A stretch of 63,904 nt of DNA, the filler included, from Licmophora abbreviata (Eukaryota): assembly GCA_900291995.1 (NCBI GenBank). It is 14 parts of 14 records of this genome, joined end to end, with 100 filler letters (N's around TTAATTAATTAA, not from the genome) between each part and the next. Parts side by side here need not be neighbours in the genome. Positions count along the whole stretch, not along the records: positions 29,330 to 41,421 come from OLMU01000739.1; positions 41,522 to 44,771 come from OLMU01000740.1; positions 44,872 to 47,692 come from OLMU01000741.1; positions 47,793 to 50,879 come from OLMU01000742.1; 10 more parts are not named here. One strand, 5' to 3'. The notes below the pieces were generated by a model that saw only the letters and a list, made by a program, of their open reading frames with translations, ran no database searches and had not been told where the DNA came from. Positions within the stretch are counted from its first letter, which is position 1. Each line of letters begins with the position of its first letter. Position numbers and translations under genes: made by a program. Shown one piece after another: positions 37,006 to 50,616 of the stretch.

Positions 37006-37103
37006 GATTCGATTCGATTCGGGGTTTCTCTGTGTACGTTTGTCTGCTCAGTCCTTATATGGGAGAAAGTACGTCAGTGACGTATGAATCGAATCGAATC
37101 GAA
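37006..37103. promoter_or_regulatory. Bidirectional promoter core: inverted (GATTC)3/(GAATC)3 arms enclosing ACGTCAGTGACGT
   Basis: GATTC x3 at 37006-37020, GAATC x3 at 37086-37100, palindrome at 37071-37083. Lies between divergent NCBP1 and GGT. The function is inferred. Confidence 0.45.
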
Positions 37104-37252
37104 GCGTATTGTTGTCATCGTCGATGTCGTCTTCGTCGATCACATTAGCGCCTTTGGGAAGACTACAGCAGTACATTTTTCAAAGCCCCTAAAGTGCCCT
37201 GTAGGTACGACAGTGACCGAGAAGAGAAACGCACCAACTGTCATCACCGAAA

Positions 37253-38977
37253 ATGGGAGATTGGCACTTGGCCGGCACGGCAGAAACTTGTCAAGAAGAC
37301 GAAGATCCAACCTATGTCTTTCGTTCACGTCGTTCCCCGTTTCTGTGCCGTCATGCCTGTGTCGCGTCCTCTCAGCCTCTCGCCAGCTCGATCGGATCGC
37401 ACTTGTTGCGTCAGAACGCCAACGCGGCCGATGTCGCAGTGGCAGTGGCCGCGGCGCTTGCCGTGACGGAACCCTGCAGTACAGGTTTGGGAGGAGACAT
37501 GTTCTGCTTGTACTACGAGGCTTCTAGCAAGACAGTGTCTGCCATCAATGGAAGTGGCAAAAGTCCAGAGAAACTCACGATCGAAAGGGTGAAACAAAGT
37601 TGTCCAGCATCATCAATAGATGCCATTTGTGAGGATAAGTTTGCTCAATCGGCCCATACCGTCACGGTACCTGGTGCTGCTCTGGGATGGGAGGACGTGC
37701 TGAAAAAGCATGGATCGGGTCGGTTCTCATTCGCTGATCTCCTCGAACCAGCAGCACAGCTGGCAGAAGAGGGCTTTCCTGTGTCACCCGTCACCGCGCA
37801 TCACTGGAAGAGTGGCCTGCATCAAATTCAATATTGGATTGACGCTGACACGAACTGCCCTTTGACAGTCAATGGACAAACCGCTCCGACGGCAGGAGAG
37901 ATCATGTACAATCCCGATATGGCTCGTGTCTTGCGGGAATTAGGAAGCAAAGGGGCCACGGAAGGGTTCTATGGAGGCTCCACCGGTCGTAGCATTGTTG
38001 AGGCAGTTCAGAAACACGGCGGTGTCATGACACGTGACGACCTTCAGAAGCATACATCTACCTTTCCTAGTCCCATCTCCGCCTCCTACCGTGGTGTCGA
38101 CTTATGGCAGGTCCCTCCCAATGGACAAGGTGTGGCAGGACTAGTGGCTTTGGCAGGACTCGAACACTTGGAACAAACCTCAAGAATCCCCCCTGTAACA
38201 CCAGGTTCGGCGGACACCTTTCACGTGCTGGTGGAAATGATGCGGCTCGGATTTCACGATGCTCGAGAACATGTTGCGTGCCCGGAACAAATGGAGGTAA
38301 CCAACGAATGGCTGGTTGACCCAGAACGTATTGGCAGTCGCGCCGAACGCTTATTTGATCCAGAAAAGGCCACCATCCATGGTGATCCTCTGCCGTCGAG
38401 CTGTACAATCAGTTTTCAGGTCGTTGATCAACAGGGAAACGCCATAAGCTTCGTCAACAGCAATTTTAAGGGCTTTGGATCTGGCATCGTGCCGGAAGGC
38501 TGCGGATTTACACTTCAGAATCGAGGACAAGGCTTCTCGTTAAACAAGAAGCATCCGAACGCACTGGGACCAAGTAAAAGGCCTTATCACACCATCATTC
38601 CGGGTATGTTGACACACAAGGATACTGGTGAACTGTATGCTACGCTGACCAACATGGGAGGGAACATGCAGCCTCAAGGACATGTGCAGCTCACGGTGGA
38701 CATGGTGGCTGGCGGAATGGACCCACAAATGGCAGTGGACATGCCGCGTTTTTGCATCGCGGATGGGACCAAAGGAGGCATACTCCATCTTGAGAACGAG
38801 GTTGATGATGATGTCGTGGACGATCTTAAGCGACGAGGACACAAGCTTAGGTCAGGGGTGAAGGGACACTCCCGCAGTTTGTTTGGTCGAGCACAAATAA
38901 TCAAGCGAGACCGCCAGACAGGTGTCCTATGGGCTGGCTCGGATGGAAGAGCCGACGGATGTGCAATGGGTTTCTAA
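37253..38977 (+). CDS. GGT: Gamma-glutamyltransferase (soluble, YwrD/fungal cytosolic type)
   Basis: NAADVAVAVAAALAVTEPCSTGLGGD, VTVPGA, PPNGQG, nucleophile Thr in SCTISF, FGSGI, QNRG, KRPYHTIIP, MGGNMQPQGH, SDGRADG. No TM anchor. Confidence 0.95.
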   Translation: MGDWHLAGTAETCQEDEDPTYVFRSRRSPFLCRHACVASSQPLASSIGSHLLRQNANAADVAVAVAAALAVTEPCSTGLGGDMFCLYYEASSKTVSAINGSGKSPEKLTIERVKQSCPASSIDAICEDKFAQSAHTVTVPGAALGWEDVLKKHGSGRFSFADLLEPAAQLAEEGFPVSPVTAHHWKSGLHQIQYWIDADTNCPLTVNGQTAPTAGEIMYNPDMARVLRELGSKGATEGFYGGSTGRSIVEAVQKHGGVMTRDDLQKHTSTFPSPISASYRGVDLWQVPPNGQGVAGLVALAGLEHLEQTSRIPPVTPGSADTFHVLVEMMRLGFHDAREHVACPEQMEVTNEWLVDPERIGSRAERLFDPEKATIHGDPLPSSCTISFQVVDQQGNAISFVNSNFKGFGSGIVPEGCGFTLQNRGQGFSLNKKHPNALGPSKRPYHTIIPGMLTHKDTGELYATLTNMGGNMQPQGHVQLTVDMVAGGMDPQMAVDMPRFCIADGTKGGILHLENEVDDDVVDDLKRRGHKLRSGVKGHSRSLFGRAQIIKRDRQTGVLWAGSDGRADGCAMGF

Positions 38978-39001
38978 TGGATCTGGTCAGAGAATTCTAC
39001 T

Positions 39002-41889
39002 TTAGCTACTGCCGTTCTGCGTCTGATGATATAGTTTTTCGCCGTCAACAGTCAGCGACTTGAGTTTAGCGACTCCGTCAACTTTTTCTAGGGCTTCACC
39101 CACTTCTTCCACTTGGCGCGAGAACTCTTGGTAGTCAAGATACAGCTGAAGCTTCACCTTTTCTCCATCGCTCATTCCACCAACTGCCGTTCGTCGCGCC
39201 CTTCTATTCTTTAACGCCTCTTCGGTTCGCTCCACTGTCGTCAGTAGATCTTCCACGGCGACACTGTATCGACTAGCAACAGTCGATATGACGATCTGCT
39301 TCCATCGAGAACCTACTGATGGTGGATTTCGATGCTTGAACTCGCTTTCGAACTCTTTCAGAGGTCGAAGAATAGTGCCGACAAATGGAGATGCCTGCGT
39401 CGGCGGAGGGCGATTGGTCATTCGATACGTCGCAGCAACGCCTTTCACAGCCGCCAATGGTCCACAACATGAGCCTGTCAAAATATTCACCACAACCTCA
39501 TTCCAGCATTTGTCAACTACGGGAGCGATCTGTTGCGAAGCCTCTATCAACACATCCCTGACAGCACTTGTCATCTCCTCGAGTTCCGACTGGGGCGTGT
39601 CGTTGCCTTCCACAGCCTTCAATACAGTCTCAATATACTCTTTCCTCATTCTGGACTCTAGAACGGTCAGTTCCCAGGACACAGAAGCGACGTCCCGCAG
39701 GTTTTCTCCCCAGAAATATGGGTCACGAGTCAAAAACGATGATTGATCATTGCCATTCAAACTGTCGCCATTCGTATTGTCTTGGTCATCAAGTTCGACA
39801 TGCTTTTCTTGCCCAAACTTGATTTTTCCCTCAAGTCCTTCAATGACAAAGGCTACAACACGACCCATCAGCTGTAAAGCTCCTCGAAGGAAGCGGTGGG
39901 TCAGCGGTCGAAGAATCACATCTGGTCGCCAGAGTCCTAGCAAAACGTCGTACATCTCCAAAAACAGTGGCAGCTCGAACCCGTATTTTTGCCGCAACGC
40001 ATCCGCTTCGTCCTCGGACCCCGTGAATACTTCCGCGACCCATCCCTGTGTCTGCGTCATCGCGACCGCTTTGTTGAGTCTAACACACGATTCTCCGAAC
40101 CGGAGTTGATAGTAGATGGGAAGATTCCACTTTTTCGAAAATTCCGTCGTCATGGGATGAGCGTAAATACGATCCTGAGCACCTTGGACCGTCTCCGCCG
40201 TGATGGTCGGTCGAAAGTACAAGCGCTCCAGCGCATCTGTGGAAGAAGAAGGCATCATCTTTTCATCATCGCTCTTCAACAATCGCCCTCCCAATTCCGA
40301 GAGAAATGTATCGAGTGCCATGTAGTTGGCCTGCACAAAGAAAGAAATAGACAACAATAAGAGTGAGCAACCCGACCAACTCCAAACTGTAGTGTCCACT
40401 ACTTGAATACTTGTACTCCACTCATCACACGAACCTGCAAGATACTGGCAATCCCTGGAGAAAAGATGGCCATCTTGATGGCAGGATCTGCCATGAGCGC
40501 CGTAGCAATCGGTACCCACACTCCCGCCGTCACCAAGTCGACATGCTCGTGCATGCTCTCGGCCAATCGCAGCACGGTTCCAAAATTAGTCGATATACTA
40601 TGGGCCATGTCATCCAATAAAGAAAAGAGTCCCACACATTCTCCACGGGACCCTCCTGCATCCAAGCGGCCCATGGAAACCTTGGAACGGATGAGCGGCA
40701 TTATGGCGACCCTTGCAAAGACGCTTTCGGCCTCTTTTCCTTTTCCGAGCAGTGCGAGTCCACGCAAACAGTGTCCAATCACGATGAGCTCCTAAAGGGA
40801 AGGAGCAGTAGCATATGTGATGGGAAGAGAAAAAGAGAGATTTTGGTGAGCCACGAAATCACAGCATGGATGAGTGTTTTTCAGCCTGCACGAACAACAA
40901 CGAAACAAACGAACGCACCATTTCCAGAGTACTACTACTAGACTCCTCACTACTCTCTTTCTGTTGTTGCAATTGTTGCAAAACTTGTTCCAACAGTTTC
41001 ACCAGTGCCTGCATAACATCCTGCTCCAATCTTCGAATGCGCGGTGCCAATTTCATCATAAATTCGGCTCGTTCCGTGTCATCGAGCGGACCGCGCAACG
41101 ATGGAAGGTCGGCAGTGTGTTCTACTACCGCAGTATTGCTGTTGTTGCGAGTCGTCAGAGCACTCGCATGGTGTGCCGTACTGACTTGCAAGTCTTGCAC
41201 CAAGCACAGAGTCGTGTGGGCGGCACGTTCGAGAGACAAGGCATAGTCTGCGAGGAGCAAAACAGTGGGACATGAACAATGAGACGCACTACACAAAAAA
41301 GGGAACTTCCAAGTAGACACAGCCTCCAAAAAGTAAAACAAACCACGCACCCGTTTCATCTCCCTTTTCTCCATCATCCCTCCCCGATACGTCTTTTTCT
41401 GCCGCGATCAAATCTTGATAGNNNNNNNNNNNNNNNNNNNNNNNNNNNNNNNNNNNNNNNNNNNNTTAATTAATTAANNNNNNNNNNNNNNNNNNNNNNN
41501 NNNNNNNNNNNNNNNNNNNNNCGTTGCAGCGTCTTCATACACTCAGTCTCCTCCTGTTCGGTCGAAGATAGGAGAGGATGGAGCTGCATCAGGAGGGTGT
41601 GGAGATCGGGAGGGAGCGTGCTGAGCGAACTCCCCATGTGCAGCAGGTTCTGACCGCTCTGCGATGTGGCCAGTTTCTGAGTGAGGAGCTGGGAGTGCGA
41701 CTGAGCCTGCTGACGCAGCAGCGTGTACTTGGCCTCCAGCTGGGGAGTGGACAAGGCTGTCACGGCCATGCTGTCTTCAGACGCCGTAGTGCTATGGTCG
41801 CCGGTGCCGTTCGTCTTGGTCAAGGAAGGCATGGTAGTGGTAGTACTAGTCGATGTCGTCGAATCCTGGACGGCGGCTGCGGAGGGCAT
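39002..41889 (-). CDS. COG2: Conserved oligomeric Golgi complex subunit 2 (multi-exon, spans a gap)
   Basis: HCLRG, IFSPG..Q-ANY, KWNLPIYYQLRF, YRMTNRPPPT.AS.FV, MSDGEKVKLQLYLD. GT-AG introns at about 40331-40433, 40792-40917 and 41248-41350. Assignment of the N-terminal contig (41522-41889) is less certain. Confidence 0.85.
41422..41521. other. Artificial assembly spacer
   Basis: N44-TTAATTAATTAA-N44. Confidence 0.98.
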
Positions 41890-42358
41890 TGTCAAAATGG
41901 TTCGTTCTCCACGTTAAATCCAAATCTCTCGCTCTTTGTGCGACTCCAATGATCTTTAGAGGCACCGAGATCACTGAAATACCCTGTGAAAGATACCAGA
42001 ATGAGCAAAAGTGCTACAACAAGAGGATCCCCACATGTACCTCGGCTGGGTCGCCATGCCTTCCATTTGACTGCGCAATGACCGCGTAGAATCCTAGGTA
42101 GAGTTTGTACTGCAAAAGACGTTTCGGGAAGGCAAGATATTTGCTCCAGACTCGTGCGAGCTTTATGAGAATTTAAAAAGACTAATGAGCTCGACCTGTC
42201 AAACACCAAAAAGGCGCGCCGAAAAAAATAAATGGCGAAGCCGCCGATGGATTCCTTCCAGAAGTTGAAAGTCCGCGACGACCGACGGCACCATAACGCC
42301 ATCAGAGTGTGTACTCAACACAAGATAGCCATCAGCTTTGCTCTGCAGGACTCAAGTT

Positions 42359-43413
42359 ATGAATATTCTACCCTTGCTGGGTAGTAGTATCAAGTGGATC
42401 CAGCAAGGAGGACCTTCTTCCCCCAAACATCACCCAACCCACTGGCAGCATGCTTGGACAGCGTGCTTGCTCCACTACGCGGTAGTGACTGTCGTGGCCA
42501 TACTAGCACATGATCTTCTATTATATTGCATGCACAGTGAACAAGAACTACAGGAATGCTCTTATCAGAACAGTAGAATACACGACGAGACTCTCCAACA
42601 GTCGCTTCGAACTACTTCCAATACCAGCACGACGATCCCTACTGCAATACTCGTCTACTCCCTGTGGCTCTTGGTATGGAGACTCCACCACGCAGAGCCA
42701 GCATATTCACCATGGATTGTCTATGAATTCACGTGGCTCTGCAATGTCACGCTCGCACTGGGCGCCTTGTCCTTGCGCTACTGGGAACGTCCCCTCATTG
42801 CGACCGCGCTCTGCGTGGCCGTCAGCATCGATCAAGTCATGTGGTATGTCGATATTATAGGTTACATGGTCAGGTGAGTACTGAAAAAATAGTGCTGTAT
42901 TGATGCAACGGCTGTTGCTGTCACATTTGGACTCTTACTTACATATGCGTGTCTGTGGTTGTTCTGTACAAAAGTTCCAAATTTCCCATTGGAGTCTGCA
43001 AGTACGTCTTCTGGGAGGGTACCTCGTGGGCCACCCGTATCACCTGCTTGCACCACCTCTGGACCATTCCAGTATTGCTGTACGCGGCGGGTGGGTTGCA
43101 TCCACTCTCGTTTCCACTGAGTATTGTGCTCGTATGCGTCAATGTAGCACTCTCACGATTCTTGACGCCAAAGTTTGTCGCATCGAAAACAACTCACACG
43201 ACTAGGTATCTCAACATCAATTTGGCGCACGAACTGTGGAGGGACATTCAGATCTGGTTCTTGCAGATTAGTGCGGATGACCCTCCTGTAGTTACCTATC
43301 TTGTTCGACTCTTGTGGAGATGGCAAGTCTTGAACTTTGGAGTCTTTGTGGGACTTTACGTCGTGAGCGATCGCGTATTGGGAGAGGCGCCCGTCTGTTT
43401 TCGAGACGACTAG
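42359..43413 (+). CDS. Uncharacterised multi-pass membrane protein
   Basis: Intron 42874-42974 gives IIGYMVS-SKFPIGVCKY. About 7 hydrophobic segments. Motifs WLCN, IDQ..WYVD, HHLW.IP, YLNINL.HE.W. Confidence 0.7.
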
Positions 43414-43602
43414 AGAAGTACTACAAAACGGGCATAGAGGACGAATTATTCATAAGATATAACGCTTTCTAATCTTCATCACCACCCCCACCATCACAAT
43501 GTCAGAAATGAACCATCCTGCACGGACGAACTGCGCGTCTCCGTACGATCTTCTTCGTCATCGTCACTACCTCGTACATCAGTGATCAGAAATCTGTCGT
43601 CT

Positions 43603-44508
43603 CTAGCAACAATTTCCCAACACGGGTTCCTTCTTGGATCCATTCAAATCAATTCCTCCCTTTCCATCTTGATCTCCGCCACGTGCATCACGTTGTCGAA
43701 TCAATTCACCAGCCATGGTCAGAAAGGCTTCTTCGACATTCTTGGCACTCTTGGCCGACGTTTCCAAAAAGGCGATTCCCAGTTCATCTGCAAATTCCTT
43801 CGCCTGTTCTGCCGTCACCACTTTGTCGGCTGTTCGATCGCTCTTGTTGCCCACCAATAACTTGACCGTGCCCTCGGCTGCGTAGCGATTCACTTCCTTG
43901 AGCCAGTCGTTGACGTGATCGAAACTTTCCGTCGAAGTGACGTCGTACACCATGATGATGCCATCGGCGCCGCGATAATAAGCAGATGTAATTGTGCGAA
44001 AGCGCTCCTGGAGAGAATGGTCCGAGAGCGAGTGCATTAGAGAACGGAGGACACGAGGGGAGAGCCTATCGTGTCATGATGGAGCACACACCACACTCAC
44101 CTGACCGGCCGTGTCCCATATTTGCAGTTTCACCGTCTTTTTGTCAATCTTGACAGTACGAAATCGAAAGTCCACACCTATAGTCGAAATGTAAGACTCC
44201 GTAAAGGCATCGTCCTGCGGAGCAAGGCATGCAAAGAGAGAGAGATGAGTTCCATAGCGTTGAGCGGCAGGGTGTCATTGGCAGCGAAGATTTCAGAAAC
44301 TGGAATAGCCAAAATGACCAACATGCAATAGCCTTTCTTCGACAAGCAATATGTAAATTCTGCAGCGTTCAGCATGCACCACCCGTCCGCATGAACTCAC
44401 CGCAAAACGCAAGAGCAGACACGATTTTCCAACACCGCTATCGCCAATCAGTACCAGCTTGAACAGATAATCATAATCACGCTGTTTTGAGCTTGAAGAA
44501 GGCGCCAT
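43603..44508 (-). CDS. RAB1: Rab1/Ypt1 small GTPase
   Basis: [25 protein letters not shown], intron 44215-44400, [26 protein letters not shown], intron 44008-44100, [24 protein letters not shown]-terminal CC. Confidence 0.97.
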
Positions 44509-44771
44509 TGCGTCGAACCAGAATCGCGGACTGGATGTCCGTCGAGAAAAGTGATCGAGCTGCCGCACGAAAGAAAGTCGGGGATAACGCTTACTTAACG
44601 ACATACTTGTGAGCATAAGTAAATACGAACACCAAAGCGTCATTGGCGAGCGTCCGTGCGTCGTGTCGCGAGGGATGAAAATCAAATGATGTTTCGCGCC
44701 AACGACGAGGTCACGTTTGCTGGCTTCGACCAACCCACATCATCACATCAAGGCACATTAGAATCTCTACT

Positions 44772-44871
44772 NNNNNNNNNNNNNNNNNNNNNNNNNNNNN
44801 NNNNNNNNNNNNNNNTTAATTAATTAANNNNNNNNNNNNNNNNNNNNNNNNNNNNNNNNNNNNNNNNNNNN
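44772..44871. other. Artificial assembly spacer
   Basis: N44-TTAATTAATTAA-N44. Confidence 0.98.
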
Positions 44872-44948
44872 ACTTTGACAATCCACAAAACTAGACTAGT
44901 AGAAGCGTAAATTGCCTATCTCACGCCATACCGTAATCTCACCTTTTT

Positions 44949-46888
<1,940 letters not shown>

Positions 46889-47226
46889 TTACAATTTTGG
46901 AACACTATTTTAGAATTTTGGTGATTTTTGGTGGAAAAAGTCCTAATCTAAATTCCTAAGCAGTCTGTCCACCCATCCAACTCCGAAAGACACGGAAGCC
47001 GACCGAAATGGAAATGACGACCAACTTGGCCCAAAATCCAAGCACCGGCGCTGTCATTCTGTTGGTCGTCTCGTGAGATCTGCTGCTTGCCCCGCCTCGA
47101 CTGTCGCTCTTGGAAGAAAGGCAGAACGAGGAAGAGTCTCTGAGTGAAAGAGAGAACGTGACACTAGCCACTTCAGAAATCCGAGTCGATTCAAAAGAAA
47201 GATATACAGACTCCATCACCACCACC

Positions 47227-50200
47227 ATGGCCTCGACAACATCCGCACCCCTCGTCACCACTTTGCCTCCCGCACATACCGCTTCCGGCTGGCTCGCACT
47301 CCTCCAAGAACCCGACGTCGAACTCCGCAACTTCGCTCTCCAGCAGCTCCTCCAATGCGTCGACACGAACTGGCACCAAGTCGCCGACGCCCTGCCCGAC
47401 CTGGAAGGGATTGCCGAAGAGGACACGCTGGATCTCTCCATGCGCCGCGTGGCTGCTGCAGTCGCATCCCGTGTCTTTTTTCATCTACAAGAACCCACGC
47501 AGGCACTGCGGCTGGCCCTCTTTGCAGGAGAAGAGTACTGGTTGTCGACACAGACGAATGCCTACACGGAAACGCTCTTGGCGGCCGCGCTGGATGCCTA
47601 TGTGCAGGTGAGACAGAAACAAGAACGAGAAGATGCTGCAACGACGACACTTTCTGCTAGTGCAGCAGACGATGCCACTTCCCTCCTTCCCGNNNNNNNN
47701 NNNNNNNNNNNNNNNNNNNNNNNNNNNNNNNNNNNNTTAATTAATTAANNNNNNNNNNNNNNNNNNNNNNNNNNNNNNNNNNNNNNNNNNNNATGTGACG
47801 AGGGCAAGTTTGAACACGCCATGGGTATGGCGCTGGAGGCGCGGGAGATGGCGCAAGTCCGAACGATCCTTCAGCAGGCCAAACACGACACCTCCTTGCT
47901 CCAATATACCTTCCGTACCACCATGGAACTCATTACTGTCAACGCCTTTCGCAATGAGATTCTCAGCGTCTTGGCCGACTCCTGGAAGGAGCAATTCGAA
48001 AGTAGTACCAAGTTTGCAGCGGTCGATCTGGTGCGCGTCTATCAGCTCTTGCATCAGCATGAACCGACTGCTAGTGTACTGGTGACTCTGATGCAAGGCT
48101 CTGAACAAGAGGCGCTTCTAGGATTCCAGTTGTGCTTTGATTTAGTGGATACTGGCGATCAAGCCTTCGTTGCGCATGTCAGTAGCGTTATGGAAGGTCT
48201 ATTGACGAGCAGCGACGACGCTATCATCAAGGGTCGCTGGTTGCAGGCTCAACGAGTTTTGGTCGGTGGATTTTCATCCGAGCTGGCGCTGAGCTTTCTG
48301 CACAAGCAGTCGCACGCGGATCGATTGATTATGGAACAAATCAAGAAGTCGCTGGAAGAACGAGGGGGTGGACGCAATAGTATCCTGCACAATGCATCCG
48401 TCATGACCCATGCCTATCTATATGCGGGAACTACGAATGATTCCTTCCTGCGAGATTACTTGGACTGGATGAAGAAAGCATCCAATTGGTGAGTAGTGTA
48501 AAGAACGGGGTGTTGTGTAGGCCCAGTGTATTATTTTCTCACATCTTTGTCTGTTCTCTCCTAACGTTACCGCACAGGGCCAAGTTTTCCGCCACGGCTT
48601 CCTTGGGAGTAGTGCATGCAGGCCACGTGACTGAAGCCATGAACATCCTCCAACCCTACCTTCCTGCGGCGCCCGGCGGCGAGGACGCTCCGGCCGTGTC
48701 AACGACTGGAGGAGATGCTGAGGGAGGTGCCCTCTTCGCATTGGGGCTTATTCACGGTTCTCATGCCGGCTCATCGGCACAGTTGCGCAAGGAAACGTCG
48801 GAGCTCCTACGAAGCCACCTGCGCGCTTCGCATGCCAACGAAGTGATTAGCCACGGGGCCGCTCTCGGCGTTGGTCTCACGGCGTTTGGATCGTGCGATT
48901 CCGCCATCGTGAATGAACTCAAAGAGTTACTCTACACGGACTCTGCTGTCGCCGGAGAAGCCGCTGGTATGGCCATGGGCATGGTTCTGGTAGGTAGCGG
49001 TGCTGGTAGTTTACACAACTCGCTTGTGTCGGCCGACAAGGAAGAACTCATGGAGACTGTATCGGAACTCAAGAATTATGCTCGCGAAACTCACCACGAA
49101 AAGATCATCCGTGGCATTGCCATGGGCCTCGCTCTCATGAGCTACGGTCAAGAAGAGAATGCGGATGCCTTGATTGAAGAGCTCCGTAGCGACCGCGATC
49201 CCATTCTGCGATATGGTGCGCAGTACTCGTTGGCACTGGCGTACTGTGGCACGGGATCCAACAAAGCGATTCGTATCTTGCTGCACACGGCTGTCAGTGA
49301 TGTGAGCGATGATGTGCGCATGGCAGCTGTGATTGGGTTGGCCTTTGTGCTGTACAAGACACCGGAGCGTGTCCCGCAGCTTGTCAAACTGCTACTGGAG
49401 AGTTTCAATCCTCATGTGCGATACGCCAGCTGCATGGCCGTTGGTATCGCCATGGCGGGATCGGGAGATGCGGAAAGCGTGGCGCTCTTGGAGCCCATGC
49501 TGGAAGATATGACTGACTACGTCCGTCAGGGGGCACTTATGGGTACCGCCATGATTTACATGCAACAGAGTGATTCATGCAACTCGCGCAAGATTCGTTC
49601 GTTCCGCGAGCGACTCTCAACGATTATCAGCGACAAGCACCAGAGTACCTTGACAAAGATGGGGGCCGTACTGTCAAAGGGAATTATCGATGCCGGAGGA
49701 CGAAACTGTTCTCTTGTGCTGGGATCTCGTAACGGCTTTACCAAGATGACGAGTGCAGTGGGCTTGGCTCTATGGCTTCAACACTGGCATTGGTATCCAA
49801 TGATGCACATGTTTAGCCTCGCCTTGACTCCGACATATACGATTGGACTGAACAAGAACTTCAAGTACCCGAAAGGCTTTGAAGTCCAGTGCAACTCAAA
49901 GCCCAGCGTATTTGCGTATCCGAAAAAACTCGAGGAGAAAAAGGAAGAAAAGAAAAAGCGGGTAGAAACTGTGACGTTGTCCACCACTGCAAAAGAGAAG
50001 GCGCGATTGGCACGCAAGCGAGCCAAGGAAGAGGGTGATACCGCAATGGATGTGGACAACATGACGAAAGAGGACGAGAAGAAGCTTGAGGACGAAGAAA
50101 AGAAACCTGAAGAGGATGCTATGGACGTCGAAGCGGAAGGAGTGGAAAAAGTGGGGGAGGGCGAAAAGAAACCGAAAAAGAAGCGTGAACCGGAGCCGAC

Positions 50201-50546
50201 TTCATTTCGAGTGCAGAATCCTGCCAGAATCACAAAGACTCAGTCAACAGTAAGCGAGTTTGACCTCGACCAAAGGTATCGTCCGATTCGTCCGGCAGAG
50301 AAGCCATTCGGTGTAGTTATCTTGACCGACTCAACACCTGAAGAGATTGAAGAAGACCTGGGTGCCGTTCAGGCACCCTCGCTCGAACCTGAAGGCGAGT
50401 GTGCACCTCCCGAGCCATTCGAGTGGACACCTCCTGATCACCCAGATGCTACCGGTAACCAACCTGCCGAATCTGCGACCGAACCAGAGGAACCCACCGA
50501 AAAAGCAAACGGGGACGCAACACCGACAGACGAAAAGGAAGCCTAG
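47227..50546 (+). CDS. RPN2: 26S proteasome regulatory subunit Rpn2/PSMD1 (spans a gap)
   Basis: TASGWLALLQE, AVASRVFFHL, AGTTNDSFLRDYLDW..ASNW, intron 48489-48577, AKFSATASLGVVH, PC repeats, VSDVSDDVR, GIIDAGGRN, NPARI, PPEPFEW. Confidence 0.97.
47693..47792. other. Artificial assembly spacer
   Basis: N44-TTAATTAATTAA-N44. Confidence 0.98.
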
Positions 50547-50616
50547 AGAGAAGAGATTGAGTCTGACTTGCCATAGCATAGCAACTACAGTATGTCACAT
50601 TCTTTTTAGCTTTGCC

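Noticed and set aside
30305..38977. Bacterial contamination (intronless ATPase and GGT)
   Set aside because: Both are contiguous, with no gap, with eukaryote-specific NCBP1 and intron-containing COG2, and have similar composition.
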